Shown here: piece after piece, positions 21,666-33,700 of the stretch
Layout of the letters: each line of letters starts with the position of its first letter
How positions within the stretch are numbered: the stretch's first letter is position 1
Source of the DNA: Malacoraja senta
Lineage: Eukaryota
Assembly: GCA_038087875.1 (NCBI GenBank)
Contig: JAXLNO010000368.1
Location: 1-35,589, forward strand
Length of the DNA: 35,589 bases
Direction of reading: 5' to 3'
Program-made: the position numbers and the translations under genes
The notes under the pieces: model-generated
The model's database searches: none
Seen by the model: the letters and a program-made list of their open reading frames with translations, nothing else
Told to the model about the DNA's origin: nothing

Positions 21666-23035
21666 TATACTTTTAAAACTCTCTGGCTGTCGTCCGTCTG
21701 TACGTCCGACGGCCTGCTTGACTTTGCCGCGCGGCCTTTGATACGGCCCCTGGCCCACACGGCGCGCGGAAAGGCCCACGTTTTTCGCCATTTCCAAAGA
21801 GATGACATTTATCTTTACGAATAGCCACTCCTGATTAAATTCTGTCCTGTTTATGTACACGTTTTTTTAATAAAATCCACCCCCCCCCCAACCCCAATGT
21901 GATTTTCTCCGATTGTCTCCGATTTTCTCCGAAAACATCTTTTCTTCCCCGATTTTCTCCGAAAACGACGCCATCTTTTTTTCGCCGATTTTCTCCGATT
22001 TTTTCCGAAAACGACGCCATCTTTTTTTCGGCACATTTTCACCCCGGGGTCTGAAGCACGTTCGGGAACAACACCCGGGGGGGGTCAAGCACATTCGGGG
22101 ACCAGACCCAACGGGTCTGCACTTGGTCTAGTATACTTTTAAAACTCTCTGGCTGTCGTCCGTCTGTACGTCCGACGGTCTGCTTGACTTTGCCGCGCGG
22201 CCTTTGATACGGCCCCTGGCCCACACGGCGCGCGGAAAGGCCCACGTTTTTCGCCATTTCCAAAGAGATGACATTTATCTTTACGAATTGCCACTCCTGA
22301 TTAAATTCGGTCCTGTTTATGTACACGTTTTTTCAATAAAATCCATCCCCCCCCCAACCCCAATGTGATTTTCTCCGATTGTCTCCGATTTTCTCCGAAA
22401 ACGACGCCATCTTTTTTTCCCCGATTTTCTCCGAAAACGACGCCATCTTTTTTTCGCCGATTTTCTCCGATTTTTTCAGAAAACGACGCCATCTTTTTTT
22501 CAGCACATTTTCACCCCGGGGTCTGAAGCACGTTCGGGAACAACACCCCGGGGTGTCAAGCACTTTCGGGGACCAGACCCAACGGGTCTGCACTTGGTCT
22601 AGTATACTTTTAAAACTCTCTGGCTGTCGTCCGTCTGCACGTCCGACGGTCTGCTTGACGGCGCGCGGAAAGGCCCACGTTTTTCGCCATTTCCAAAGAG
22701 GTGACATTTATCTTTACGAATAGCCACTCCTGATTAAATTCGGTCCTGTTTATGTACACGTTTTTTTTAATAAAATCCATCCCCCCCCAACCCCAATGTG
22801 ATTTTCTCCGATTGTCTCCGATTTTCTCCGAAAACGACGCCATCTTTTTTTCCCCGATTTTCTCCGAAAACGACGCCATCTTTTTTTCGCCGATTTTCTC
22901 CGATTTTTTCCGAAAACGACGCCATCTTTTTTTCAGCACATTTTCACCCCGGGGTCTGAAGCACGTTCGGGAACAACACCCCGGGGTGTCAAGCACTTTC
23001 GGGGACCAGACCCAACGGGTCTGCACTTGGTCTAG
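21666..23035 (+). mobile_element. Head-to-tail trimer of a non-autonomous Helitron-like element (units 466, 471, 433 bp)
   Basis: Units 21666-22131, 22132-22602 and 22603-23035. Each starts TATACTTTTAAAACTC and ends with hairpin CAGACCC-AAC-GGGTCTG, 8 nt, then CTAG. The array is preceded by A (ATCTA|TATAC) and followed by T; no TSD. Confidence 0.82.
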
Positions 23036-24452
23036 TATGAATATAAAATTATCCACGGTGACTGGTGGTACAGAGATCAAGTTCATTTTATGTGGCTCAT
23101 TTGGTACAAGTTCTGCTCTTGAGATTTCACCTAATAATAGTTGCCTGTAGAATGTGCTTAATAAATGGACCATTGAGTATATGATTTTTGGAAATAGATT
23201 GGCATGAAATCCAAGTAAACACATTGGATTGCACCCTGTTTTATAGTGGATTCATGTTGCGAAGTAAAGGCAAGATATATGGAATGTGCAAGATATAATA
23301 TGAAAGATATAATATGCAAGGCGCAAAATTAAATTGTTGTTAAGAAAACGTAAGGCCTCCATTTATTTGCAACAGCATCAATCACAGTTATCTTACGTCA
23401 AAGTTGATTTTGTATTTTTTAAAGAATGAATGGGAACAAAATGATCAAAAATGAATTGGCAGTCAAAGTAATACAAGGTTGTAGAGGAGACAAGTGTCTA
23501 GGAACAGGCCACTCTGCCTATCCTGCCAATACTGGCGCATATAGTCCACATGACCCTCTTCTCACCTTATGCGATCTGCAACATGGTTGGCAAGTCTATG
23601 CTGGATTCTCCAATGTAGAACCGACTGTTCTTTTCTCTTTTGTGTTTGCCCAGCCTCCCCCTGAATGCAATTCATTGATCTGGATCCTCATGCTCACCTG
23701 TATTGGGTGGGAGGGGAGGAGAGGGAGCATTCTCTGTAGAATTCTTTGCTGGATTTTATGGTGGAAATGTTTTCACCATAGTGATTCATTTAAAAGCTTT
23801 ATGTATTTTAATATCACCCTTCAGCCACTTCTCAAAGGGGTGGAGGGCAGGGGGTGGACAACTTACCCAGGGACATTCGATGACTGTGTTTTGTTTATTT
23901 TATCCAAACATGTTTTAATATAGATTAATATAGTATTAATTTTTTGTATCTTGGGTAAGCACATTGAAATAGCAATGGATGGCGTGTTCAGAAAATTATT
24001 TCTGATTTGTTTTCGCTTTGTGAACACCAAACCAATGTATGCATCTGCAAAAAGGCATTGGCACCAGGGTCTCGGTTCCTTTTAAGCATCCCAGTTATCA
24101 TGTTCTTAGATGCAGAGCAAATGTGGCCACGATAACTACAAACATGTTGAAATGCAGAATATAAAAGTAATAGGAATTCAGGCATTTGAGCCTCAACTAT
24201 TATTCCATGTGATCAATTGTGACCTAAAATTTCTACCTTGATCCTTTTATTTCTCTCATCCTTTGACCATACAAATAACATATAACTCCTTGTATAAATT
24301 CAATGATCTGTGTTCAACTGCTTCCAGTGGTTTAACATTCCACACGTTCATCATTCTGTGCGAGAAGTAATCGCTCTTCATCTCAACTTGAAGTCTGATC
24401 ATCAGGTTGTGACCACTGGGTCCTGAACTGACCGGATTTCCCTCTTAAATAT

Positions 24453-24510
24453 ATGTATACGTACATATATACACATATATGTGTGTGTGTGTGTGTATAT
24501 ATATATATGT
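24453..24510. repeat. Compound (TA)/(CA)/(TG) microsatellite
   Basis: atatgtatacgtacatatatacacatatatgtgtgtgtgtgtgtgtatatatatatatgtg. Confidence 0.9.
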
Positions 24511-26647
24511 GCACACTGATTTTGTTTTTCTCTTTCTCGTTTTTCATATTGTTTACCATGTACTATGTTTACATATTCCATTGTGCTGCAGTAGGTAAGA
24601 ATTTCATTGTACTATCTGGGACATATGACAATAAAACACTCTTGACTCTCTTGAATCTGTACAGACCCATAAGAATGTTGTAGTTGATTTTGAATGGTCC
24701 TAATCACAATGTAAAACTAATAGCCCGAATCGCCCTTCATACATTAGTCCTCCCATCCCTGAAATCTGATGAACCTTCACAGCACTCCCTCCATAACAAG
24801 AACATTCTTCCTAAGATCAGGAGTCTAAAACTGCAGATGCCATGGTCTTGGCAAGCACATTTCTCAGAATAACATGATGTATCTTTAGAAAGGGATAAGG
24901 AGGAATCTCTAGTCAGAGGGTGGTGAATCACAGATTACGTTCTTGGAGCTCTGGAAAATTATCAATCTTTGATGGGAAGAATGGATAGGGAGGCTGATCA
25001 CTTTGCTGGAGGGTTTGAGAGCGGACAAGGAATTATATGCAACGTGCGTTTGGAATTTCAAGTATATGGCACGTAGATGTTGTGTAATTGGCTCCATTAT
25101 GCCCTTAGTGCATTGGAAAAGGTAAACAAGGTTTTCACCTATGATGACATTTTCTGCTAACTGCACTTTATGGTAAGCAAGTAGGCTGGCTTTGGGAAAC
25201 AATTAGATGATTGAGGGCTCGCTTAGAATAACTGGGAAATTATGGAGCAGCCTACAAGGATATATAGTGTAGCTAAAGGAGAAGTTAAACCTCTCTTTCT
25301 CCGAGAAATGCAAGAATAGCTCGGTGCTTGATTTAATGCAGAACCTTTGAAGGACAGTGGCTGGGCCGCAAGATCTCTATACCAGCCATCATAAATAGGA
25401 GTCTCCAATGTGCAGAAGACAGTGAGACTTGATGGTATTTGCCACGGCTTCTATCATTTAACACATTGAGCTGAAAGCCATGAGATTCGTTGCTTTTTTA
25501 ATGCTTTGTCTTGTAATTTGATGTAATAAAGATAGTCATTTGTACCCTTGAAATTTTCTTTCTCCGTTCATTGATCCAAATCCTATTTATGTTTCATCAC
25601 AAAGAGCGAATTGGATAAACTAATTGTGCGCAAAAACATGCAAAACTACAGTGGAAGGGCTGGGGTTGAACAAGTGATTTTCTCCAGTAGAGAGGTGGCA
25701 TTGGCCTGATAGGATGAATGGTCTCCATCAGCACAGTAAACATTTAAATGATGCATTGATTTATATTCATCATCGTATATCAAATAAACTTAGGGATACG
25801 GAAGGAGAAATATTTTGGCCTTTTTATATGGTGCAAAATAACCCACCCCAGAACAATAAATAGTTGTGAATTTACACTTAATATTATCTGTCACTGAAGC
25901 AGAGTGCAGAGGTTCTCAAATTCATTTAAGAAATAGTATTAAGGCGACTGTATAGAAAATGGTGGGTATTGCTTGACAACAGGATGGGAGTAGTATTGTA
26001 GTGGTAGTGATGAGGTGTTTTGATGGCAGTGATCATAATTTAGCATGATTAAAGTAGCAATGTACATTAGGAATGCAGGTTCGCAGCTGAGGTGAAAGCA
26101 TTTCCAAGACTGCAACATAATTTAACAGAAATGTAATACAAAATGTAATAAAATAGGGCAATTAAATGGTAACAGTTAACAGATCTCTGGGGATACTAGA
26201 AACTGCAGATATTTGATGGTTGAGCAAAACTGTTGGAGGAACAGTGGGTCAGGCAACATCTGTGGGATGGAATGAACCAACGAAATTTCAGGCTGGAACT
26301 CTTGTTCAGACTGGTGACTTCAAAACGTTGTCAGTCGATTCCCACCACAGATGCTGCCTGACACACTGAATTCTTCATGCATTTGTTTTTAACACACCAG
26401 CTGGAAAGAGTCCAGAGAAGATGTACAAGGAGACTTGATAGTGGCATTTGAAGTCTTTAGAAAGGCATCGATATGCAGTGAAAGGATGGATATGGAACAT
26501 GTGTTGGTGGAGGAGATTAGTTCAACTTGGCATCACGTTCGGAACAGAAGGTGTGGGCCCAAGGGCCTGTTCCTATGCTGAACTGTTCTGCAAGTCACTG
26601 AGTCTATGTTCAGGGAGGGTGAGGTTGAGAAGGCTCTGATTTCAATA

Positions 26648-26962
26648 GACAATAGGTGCATGAGTAGGCCATTCGATCCTTCGAGCCAGCACCGCCATTC
26701 GACGTGATCATGGCTGATCATCCCCAATCAGTACCCCGTTCCTGCCTTCTCCCCATATCCCCTGACTCCGCTATTTTTAAGAGCCCTATCTAGCTCCCTC
26801 TTGAAAGCATCCAGAGAACCTGCCTCACCACTGTCTGTGAGAATTCCACAGACTCACCACTGTCTGTGAGAAAAAGTGTTTCATCGTCTGCGTTCTAAAT
26901 GGCTTACTCCTTATTCTTAAACTGTGATCCTTGGTTCTGGAACTGTAGCCCCTGGTTCTGGA
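26648..26962 (-). mobile_element. CR1/HER1-like 3' end with internal 20-bp duplication
   Basis: Inverted copy of the 808-955 tail; ctcaccactgtctgtgagaa occurs twice (~26824 and ~26853). Confidence 0.8.
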
Positions 26963-27340
26963 TTTCATTCCTTAGAGTGTAAAAGGATGGGGTGATCTGA
27001 AAGAGGTTTACAAAATTATGTGAGCAATCAATTAGGTAAATGCGCATGAGTTTGTTGCCCACAATAGGGGACTCGAGAACGAGAGGATTATAGATTTACT
27101 GTGAGAGGGGGGTGAGTGTGGAGATTTAATAGGAACCTGGGGATAACATTTTTACACAAAGAGTGGTGGGTATATGGAACGGGCTGCCAGAGGAGGAGGT
27201 TGAGACAGGTACTATCAAAACAGTAAACAGACAATTGGACAGGTACATGCATAGGATAGGTTTATATGGTTATGAGCCAAGCGTGGGGAGTTGGGACTAA
27301 TGTAGATGGGGCATGCTGTGCCGAAAAGCCCGTTTCAACG
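26963..27340 (+). mobile_element. CR1-like 3' fragment, head-to-head with the previous one
   Basis: ggggtgatctg..agaggtttacaaaattatg...gtgggtatatggaacgggctgccagaggagg, a CR1 ORF2 C-terminus and UTR signature. Confidence 0.7.
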
Positions 27341-27369
27341 CAGTGTGATTCGAAGACTCAATCCCACTT

Positions 27370-27550
27370 TGGCACCTTACACATTTTACTAGGGGCAATT
27401 TTCAGGGGGCAATTAACCTATAAACCTGCACGAGTTTGGAATGTGGGTGGAGACCAGCGCCCGGAAAAAACCCACGTACGACGTTCACACAGACAGCATC
27501 CGTAGTCGGGATCAAACCCGGGTCTCTGACGCTGCGAAGCATCCGTTCGA
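27370..27550 (-). mobile_element. V-SINE fragment
   Basis: aattaacctataaacctgcacg..tttggaatgtggg...gggatcaaacccgggtctctg. Confidence 0.7.
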
Positions 27551-28974
27551 CTGCTGCGAATTGTGTTTGTATTTTCTGATTTAAATCGAAGATTTTGGTA
27601 TAGATATGAGGGATGGGATAGTGAGTTGGATGATCAGCCATGATCATATCGAATGGCGGTGCAGGCTCGAAGGGCCGAATGGCTTACTCCTGCACCTACT
27701 TTCTATGTTTTCTATGAGTTCCATGTTTAGGAAATGTGTGAATGTCAGCAAACTTGTTTGCAGGTGTAGTATTAGGCAAGATGTAAACTGCCTTGACATT
27801 CAATAACATTACCAAGCTAACTCCTCCGCCATCAATGTCTGTTCAAATAATAATTGAATCACCGTCTTTTTGACCAGACAGTAGGACTCGCGTGAACTTG
27901 GAAGCTGCAGGTGCTTATGTCCTGGGAAAACGACTCATTTGGACTGGTGTTACTTTTGGCCACTGAATGGAAGATTATAATCATTTTTCTCTGGACGGTG
28001 GAATCAACACTCTTTCGCTTTCCAAGCGGGCAATTAGTGCTGTTCTCCCTTTGAAATCTACCGTGTAAAAATAGCACCTGCAGATCAAGATCCAAATTGA
28101 CCGCCATTCTGATTTGGAAATATGTCCTGATCCTCAGTATTGCAAATGCCAAAACGCCCCACGCCGACAGAATATTGTACTAGCGCATGGAGGTCTTCAG
28201 CGGTGGAAAAAAGGATGGTTCTTCACCACGTAGCCAAAGGCAAAATGGAAATTTTAATAAAACCTTGGGTGCTGCAATCGATAGATACAACGTATTGGTT
28301 TATTATTGACACGGGTAACGAGATACAGTGAAAATCCCTTTGCGTGGTATTTAGCCAAATCATACTATGAATGAATACAATTAAGCCATACATAAGTAAT
28401 GTAAAGATGTAAAAAATACCAGCGAGCAGAACATAGTGTTACAGCCTTCTGACGCTGCGCTTACAGCTAATGTGCAGATAAAATAAATGTACAAGTGTAC
28501 ATTGTCTAACGTAGACGGGCTCGGCGATTTGCAACGGTGCGTAAAAGGCTTCTATGAAAGATGACTTCCCCGCGGTTGCATGAAGCTGATATAGGGATGC
28601 GATGCATGAATTCATAATGGGACTGAGAGAGGGAGCTTTGTGGTGAGAAGTTTCGTGCATTTTAGTGATTTAGTCTCTGTGCTACGTCAGGATGATAATA
28701 TTTCGATTTAGTGACATCACAAAGAAATACGGATAGTAATTGACAATATTAAAAGCTGTTCCATGGAGACGTCGCATAGAACATGACGAATAGCATTTCC
28801 AAGATATGAACAAAGAACAACCTATCGGAGGAACTCTGTGGATCAGGCAGCATCTGTGCTGGGAGGGACAGATTAAGTTTCTTGTCGAAACCCTTGGCTT
28901 CCTTCAGAAATGTGGGGTTTTTTGCTCAAGATTCAAGCTTCGGCAACCTCTTGTGCCTCCATTTGCAAGACATA

Positions 28975-29265
28975 TTGAATAATGAAAGGACTGGATAGAG
29001 TGTATGTGGAGGGAATGTTTCCAATATTGGGAAAGTGGAAACATTGTGGAATTGGTTGCTACAGAAGGCTGTGGAGGCCAAGTCGATGGATAATTTTTCA
29101 GGTGGAGATGGATAAATTCTTGATTAGTGCGGGTGTCAGTGGTTAAGGGAAGGCAGGAGAATGGGGTAAAGAATGAAAGATAGATCGGCCATAATTGAAT
29201 GGAAGAGTAGTCATGATGGGCGGAATGGCCTAATTGTGCTCCTACAATTTGTCATTTTATGAACT
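28975..29265 (+). mobile_element. CR1-like 3' fragment immediately downstream of the GPCR stop
   Basis: ggactggatagagtg.atgtggag...cacagaaggctgtggaggccaagtc-like segment, then ggggaaggcaggagaatgggg...gaatggcctaattgtgctcct. Confidence 0.7.
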
Positions 29266-29435
29266 TATGAAGACTGGTTGTTTTACGTGCTTTGGCTTCT
29301 TTAGGTTAGTTGATAAATACTTCAGAGATGCTTTCGTGGAGTTGCTCATGTTCGAAACACAAACGGCATGCCATATATGCTCTGTCCAAACATTTTTTAA
29401 TGTGCGACAACAGGTAAATTGATATAGATAATAGA

Positions 29436-30366
29436 TTATGAAAAAACGCTACGTGATCTCTGGTCCGATGTTAGAACTAATTTATTCAATAAAGTAAAAG
29501 GATATTTCAGCGTATTCGTCAATGATTCTCTGAAGTTTGCCTGAGCCACCGCATAAATAAATGTGTTGGTGCACGAATTCAGGCACTGCAGCATATACCC
29601 AGTGTGCTCCATAATGGCGAAAGGATCGTTGTAATCTGTGAGCATGAACTCAACGCCTGTAAATTGTGTGCATATGTAATGTACAAATGTTACCATCCAT
29701 AGCAGTATAAAACAGCTTGAGATGGAGAGCAGTAAAATGATCGATTTCCTGTGGTTTACAATCTCCGGATCAGTGCAACCCTCGCTTTTCCCGTCCCCCC
29801 CGGAGTCCCTTCCTTATCCGACTAGCCTGTAAAATATGTCTGGTGGTCAGGACATTAAGCAGCACAATCAAAAGGAAAGGTACAAGCGGTGTGAAGGTAA
29901 TGTCGAAGAAGAAGTATGCATCCCATATTGGTAAACTGGAGTGACTTGCCTTCACTTTGCAGAACCATGGCACGTTGTCAATGGTGCCCGTTTTCAAAAT
30001 AAATTGGGATATTTTCTACAAAGCTTAATCCAGACACTGCCACTATAACTATGACGGCAGTTCTTTCGGTGCAATATTTTAATCTCAACTTCTGACAACA
30101 AATGGCGATGTATCGGTCAAATGTGAAGGCAACGGTTAGCCAGACCGAACAATCAATGGCTGCGTACACCAGAGCAATTTTAAGACTGCAAACGGGAGTA
30201 TAATGCAAGAAGGAAAGCGGAAAATACATGTCATTAATCTCATATAATACTACATCAAATATTATCACCAGTAGGTCTGCAACAGCCATGGCAACCATGT
30301 AACGTGTGATGCATTTGGAAAGACCACAGTTCCCACGAGATAGAATCACAATCGCCATAAGATTAC
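29436..30366 (-). pseudogene. Class A GPCR, GPR139/142-like (elasmobranch-expanded family), main coding exon with two frameshifts
   Basis: Acceptor tctttctattattgcag ends at 30367. Then NLMAIVILSRGNCGLSKCITRY, MAVADLL (TM2), FTFDRYIAICC (TM3 DRY), IDNVPWFC, TPLVPFLLIVLLN (TM5), RKSIILLLSIS (TM6), SCTNTFIYA (TM7), stop at 29436-29438. Frame changes at the T4 run 29991-29994 and the C7 run 29795-29801. The first exon is not found in the window. Confidence 0.88.
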
Positions 30367-30419
30367 CTGCAATAATAGAAAGATGCGCAGTCACAGAGAA
30401 TAACCGCTTTGGACAAAAC

Positions 30420-30623
30420 TGTAGATCAGTACATGTTCCTTTAACATAGTGACCTCACCACTACTAACCACTCCCCATTGTCTCTCGTATAATTGTAAGG
30501 TCCCCACCTCCAGCCCGCTCTCTAGCTCCAGTGATGACCACGGACAGCTATTGCATAGTGTGTGTTAGTGATTATAATAAACCATCAGTAAAAGACTCTG
30601 TGTAGGAATCAAGTCATTTTAAA
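30420..30623 (+). repeat. 5' LTR
   Basis: TGTAGATCAG...ATTTTAAA (terminal CA changed to AA); 10 substitutions versus the 3' LTR by manual comparison. Confidence 0.95.
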
Positions 30624-30631
30624 TGGTGTCA
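30624..30631 (+). promoter_or_regulatory. Primer-binding site, tRNA-Leu-like
   Basis: TGGTGTCA directly after the 5' LTR is complementary to the 3' end (...UGACACCA) of tRNA-Leu(CAA/CAG). Only 8 nt match. Confidence 0.6.
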
Positions 30632-30720
30632 CAGCGGTAGACTCGCGTCTCCTGTTGATCGGTTTTCTTTTTATTCTTTGCTTTCTCCCAGTTGTTCACG
30701 TCTCCCCTCCCGTTTTCATT

Positions 30721-33700
30721 ATGTCCAACTCCTGTCGTCGACCCGACACTTTGGTCTTTGACACGGGCATTGTCCACCGCTGGACAGTGTTCCAGCGCGA
30801 CTTTGAAAATTACACAGCCATCGCTCATCCTGATGCCACCCCTGCTGTGCAGGCTCACCTGCTGCTCAACCTCGCTGGCCCGGAGGCCATGGATCACTAT
30901 GCTTCATTCGACTTCGCCCCCGGAGAAGACCGTCGGGACCCGGTATGTCTCATGGCTAAATTCACTGCCCTCTGTGATATTCCTACCAATAACATTATTG
31001 AGCGCTTTAAATTCTTCCAGAGGCGGCAGATTCCCGGCGAGCATATTGACGCTTTCATTGCCTCTTTGCGTCATATGGCTCGGCGCTGTCGCCTTGAAAC
31101 AATCTCCACGGACGAATTGATCAGGGATGTCCTGGTCAATGGTCTCCTGAACGCTAAGCTGCGTGACGAGCTCCTCATGAAACCTGATTTAACACTAAGG
31201 GAGGCCATGCATTCCGCTCGTAAGGCCTCTGCTGTTAGCTCCGTGTCTCAACCGGTGTCCCAGGACATTAACTTTACCGGTGCAGCTGGCTGCCGGCGGA
31301 ACGCTGGTCCGCCACGACGAAACCCCGCTGCAATGCCCGCTAAGGTCACCCCACGCCGTTGCCCCAATTGTAATGTTTCTTTCCACCAGTTCAACGTTTG
31401 CCCCGCGCAGGGTAAGACTTGTAATTCCTGTGGCAAACTGAACCACTTTTCGGCCGCTTGTCGGTCCCGTGATAAGTCGGTCCCTGCCCCAAGGAGGAAT
31501 TTAAACAACCTTGCAGACCCTGATAGCGCGCTTGGTTATCAGTACCAGTCGGATGAACTCCCAGACTCTGATAGGAGCTCCTCCCATGGTGATTCAACGG
31601 TGTTTTTGCTTTTGGGTGCACCTGCTACGATAACAGATCCCTCTGTGCATGTTACTGTGAATGGCCATTCATTCTCTGCCAAGGTCGATATTGGTGCCTT
31701 TGCAAATGTTATGTCTGTCAGCCTCTTCAAGCGGATAAGATCTGGTGAGAGAGCTACTCCCGGCGACACCCGCCTTCATGCCTATGGGGGAGGTGTTCTA
31801 GTTCCAGTGGGGAAGGCCACGCTTATCTGCACAGTCCTTGAGACCTCTCGGCCCCTCACCTACACCTGCTGGATTCTGACAACGTCATCCTGTTGGGCGC
31901 CCGTGCGTGCCAGGACCTTGGCTTGGTTTCTTTCCACCGCGGAATTCACCTGGTGCTGGCCCCCATGGACCCCCTGGGCGAATACCCCGACCGTTTTGAT
32001 GACATTTTGGGCAAATTGCCCAGTGACTATAAAATTGTTGTCGACCCGAGTGTCGACCCGGTGGTCGGACCGGCCCACCGCGTCTCCTTTTCTATGAAGG
32101 GCCGCGTGGAATCTATTCTGCGTGATATGGTGACCATGGGCATCCTCAAGGAGGTGAGAGCTCCCACCAGGTGGGTCTCAAACATGGTCGTCGCTGCCAA
32201 GAAGGACAAGAGTTAGATCCGGATCTGCATTAACCCAAAGGACCTGAACCTGGCCATCAAGCGCCCGCACTACCCCGTGCGGACGGTGGAGGACGTCGCT
32301 GCACAGGTCGGTCCTGCCACTGTCTTCTCTGTCTTAGACGCCAAAAGCTCATTTTGGCAGATCCCTCTAGATGAACGTTCCTCATTCCTGACCACCTTCA
32401 TCACACCTTTCGGCAGGTTCCGTTTCCTCCGCATGCCGTCTGGGATCAACTCGGCTAGTGAGGTTTTCCAGCGCACCATGGAACAGCTGTTCGCTGCGTT
32501 GCCGTGCGCTATCATCGTGGATGACATCCTGGTGTACGGGAGGGACGTCGCTGAGCACGACCTGCACCTCCGCAAAGTCCTGGACAGGGCTCGTAAAATC
32601 AATCTCAAGCTCAACCCCAAGAAGTGTCGGTTCCGGGTCCCGGAAGTCACTTACGTTGGTCACGTTTTCACGGCGGGGGTTTAAAGCCTGACCCCCAGAA
32701 AACATCAGCAGTCACCGAGATGCCCGCTCCTACTGACGTTCCCGGCCTGCAGCGCTTCCTGGGCATGGTCAATTACCTGGGGAAGTTCATACCTGACCTC
32801 AGCGAACTGAGTGCCCCCCTGAGGGAGCTGATCAAGAAGGACTCCGCATGGGTCTGGCTCCCGCATCACCAGTCGGCATTCGTGGCTCTGAAGTCCAAGC
32901 TCACACACACACCGACTCTCAAGTTCTTCGATCTGCACAGACCAATTGTCCTCACTTGTGATGCCTCTAAGTTCGGTCTCGGTGCCGCATGTCTGCAGCT
33001 TTATGACGGCCTGCAGCTACCTGTCTCCTACGCTTCTCGCACCATGACCCCTGCCGAGCACCGTTATGCCCAGATCGAGAAGGAGCTACTTGCCGTGGTG
33101 TTCGCCTGCTCCAAGTTTAAGGACTACATTCTGGGCAACACCTTCACCATTGAGACTGACCACCAGCCGCTGGTCACTATTCTGAACAAGCCTATCCATG
33201 TCGCCTCTTCCCGGTTGCAGCGGATTATGCTGCAGCTCCAGCCTTTCACGTTCCGGATTATGTAACGCAAGGGCAAAGATATTTTTGTGGCCGACACATT
33301 GTCCCGTGCGCCGCTCCCTTCATTTGCCCGCCACCCGTACGAATCGTCTGACCTGATGGTACTGAACGTTAACATTGTTCCTTCCCAGCAGATGCAGTCC
33401 CTGGTCAAACACACTGCTGATGATCCTGCCCTGCAACAACTTGCGGACGTTATCCGCCGTGGTTGGCCTGACCGACGCTCTTCCCTGCAGGATGGTGCCG
33501 TGCCCTACTTCCTGGTTCGTGATGAACGAGTGCTACACGAAGGCGTGGTGGTGAAGGGTCACAAGGTCGTGGTGCCGGCCGATCTGCGGGATCCCTATTT
33601 TAAATCTGCACACAACGGCTACCCCGGGGTGGAGGCCACATTGTCCCAGGCCCAGAGCCAATTCTACTGGCCAGGTATGGCTCAGGACATCCGTGACAGG

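Noticed and set aside
21666-23035. CRISPR-like array interpretation
   Set aside because: Vertebrate context, units of 433-471 bp, no unique spacers, no cas genes.
21835-23224. Multiple repeated ORFs (MASFSEKIG…, MSPIFSEND…)
   Set aside because: By-products of the tandem Helitron-like array; open in several frames on both strands with no recognisable domain.
23426-23923. 165-aa ORF
   Set aside because: No recognisable motif; composition looks like decayed repeat and intergenic sequence.
27859-28331. Non-repetitive, moderately CpG-rich stretch with short ORFs
   Set aside because: Frames I translated contain stops, with no recognisable domain or splice-bounded exon. It could be regulatory or an unrecognised old repeat, but I cannot support a call.
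30394-30394. Start of the GPCR at the ORF-track codon (MTAHLSII…)
   Set aside because: The codon is GTG, and the first residues translate a polypyrimidine tract plus CAG. TM1 is incomplete, so a splice acceptor at 30367 fits better.
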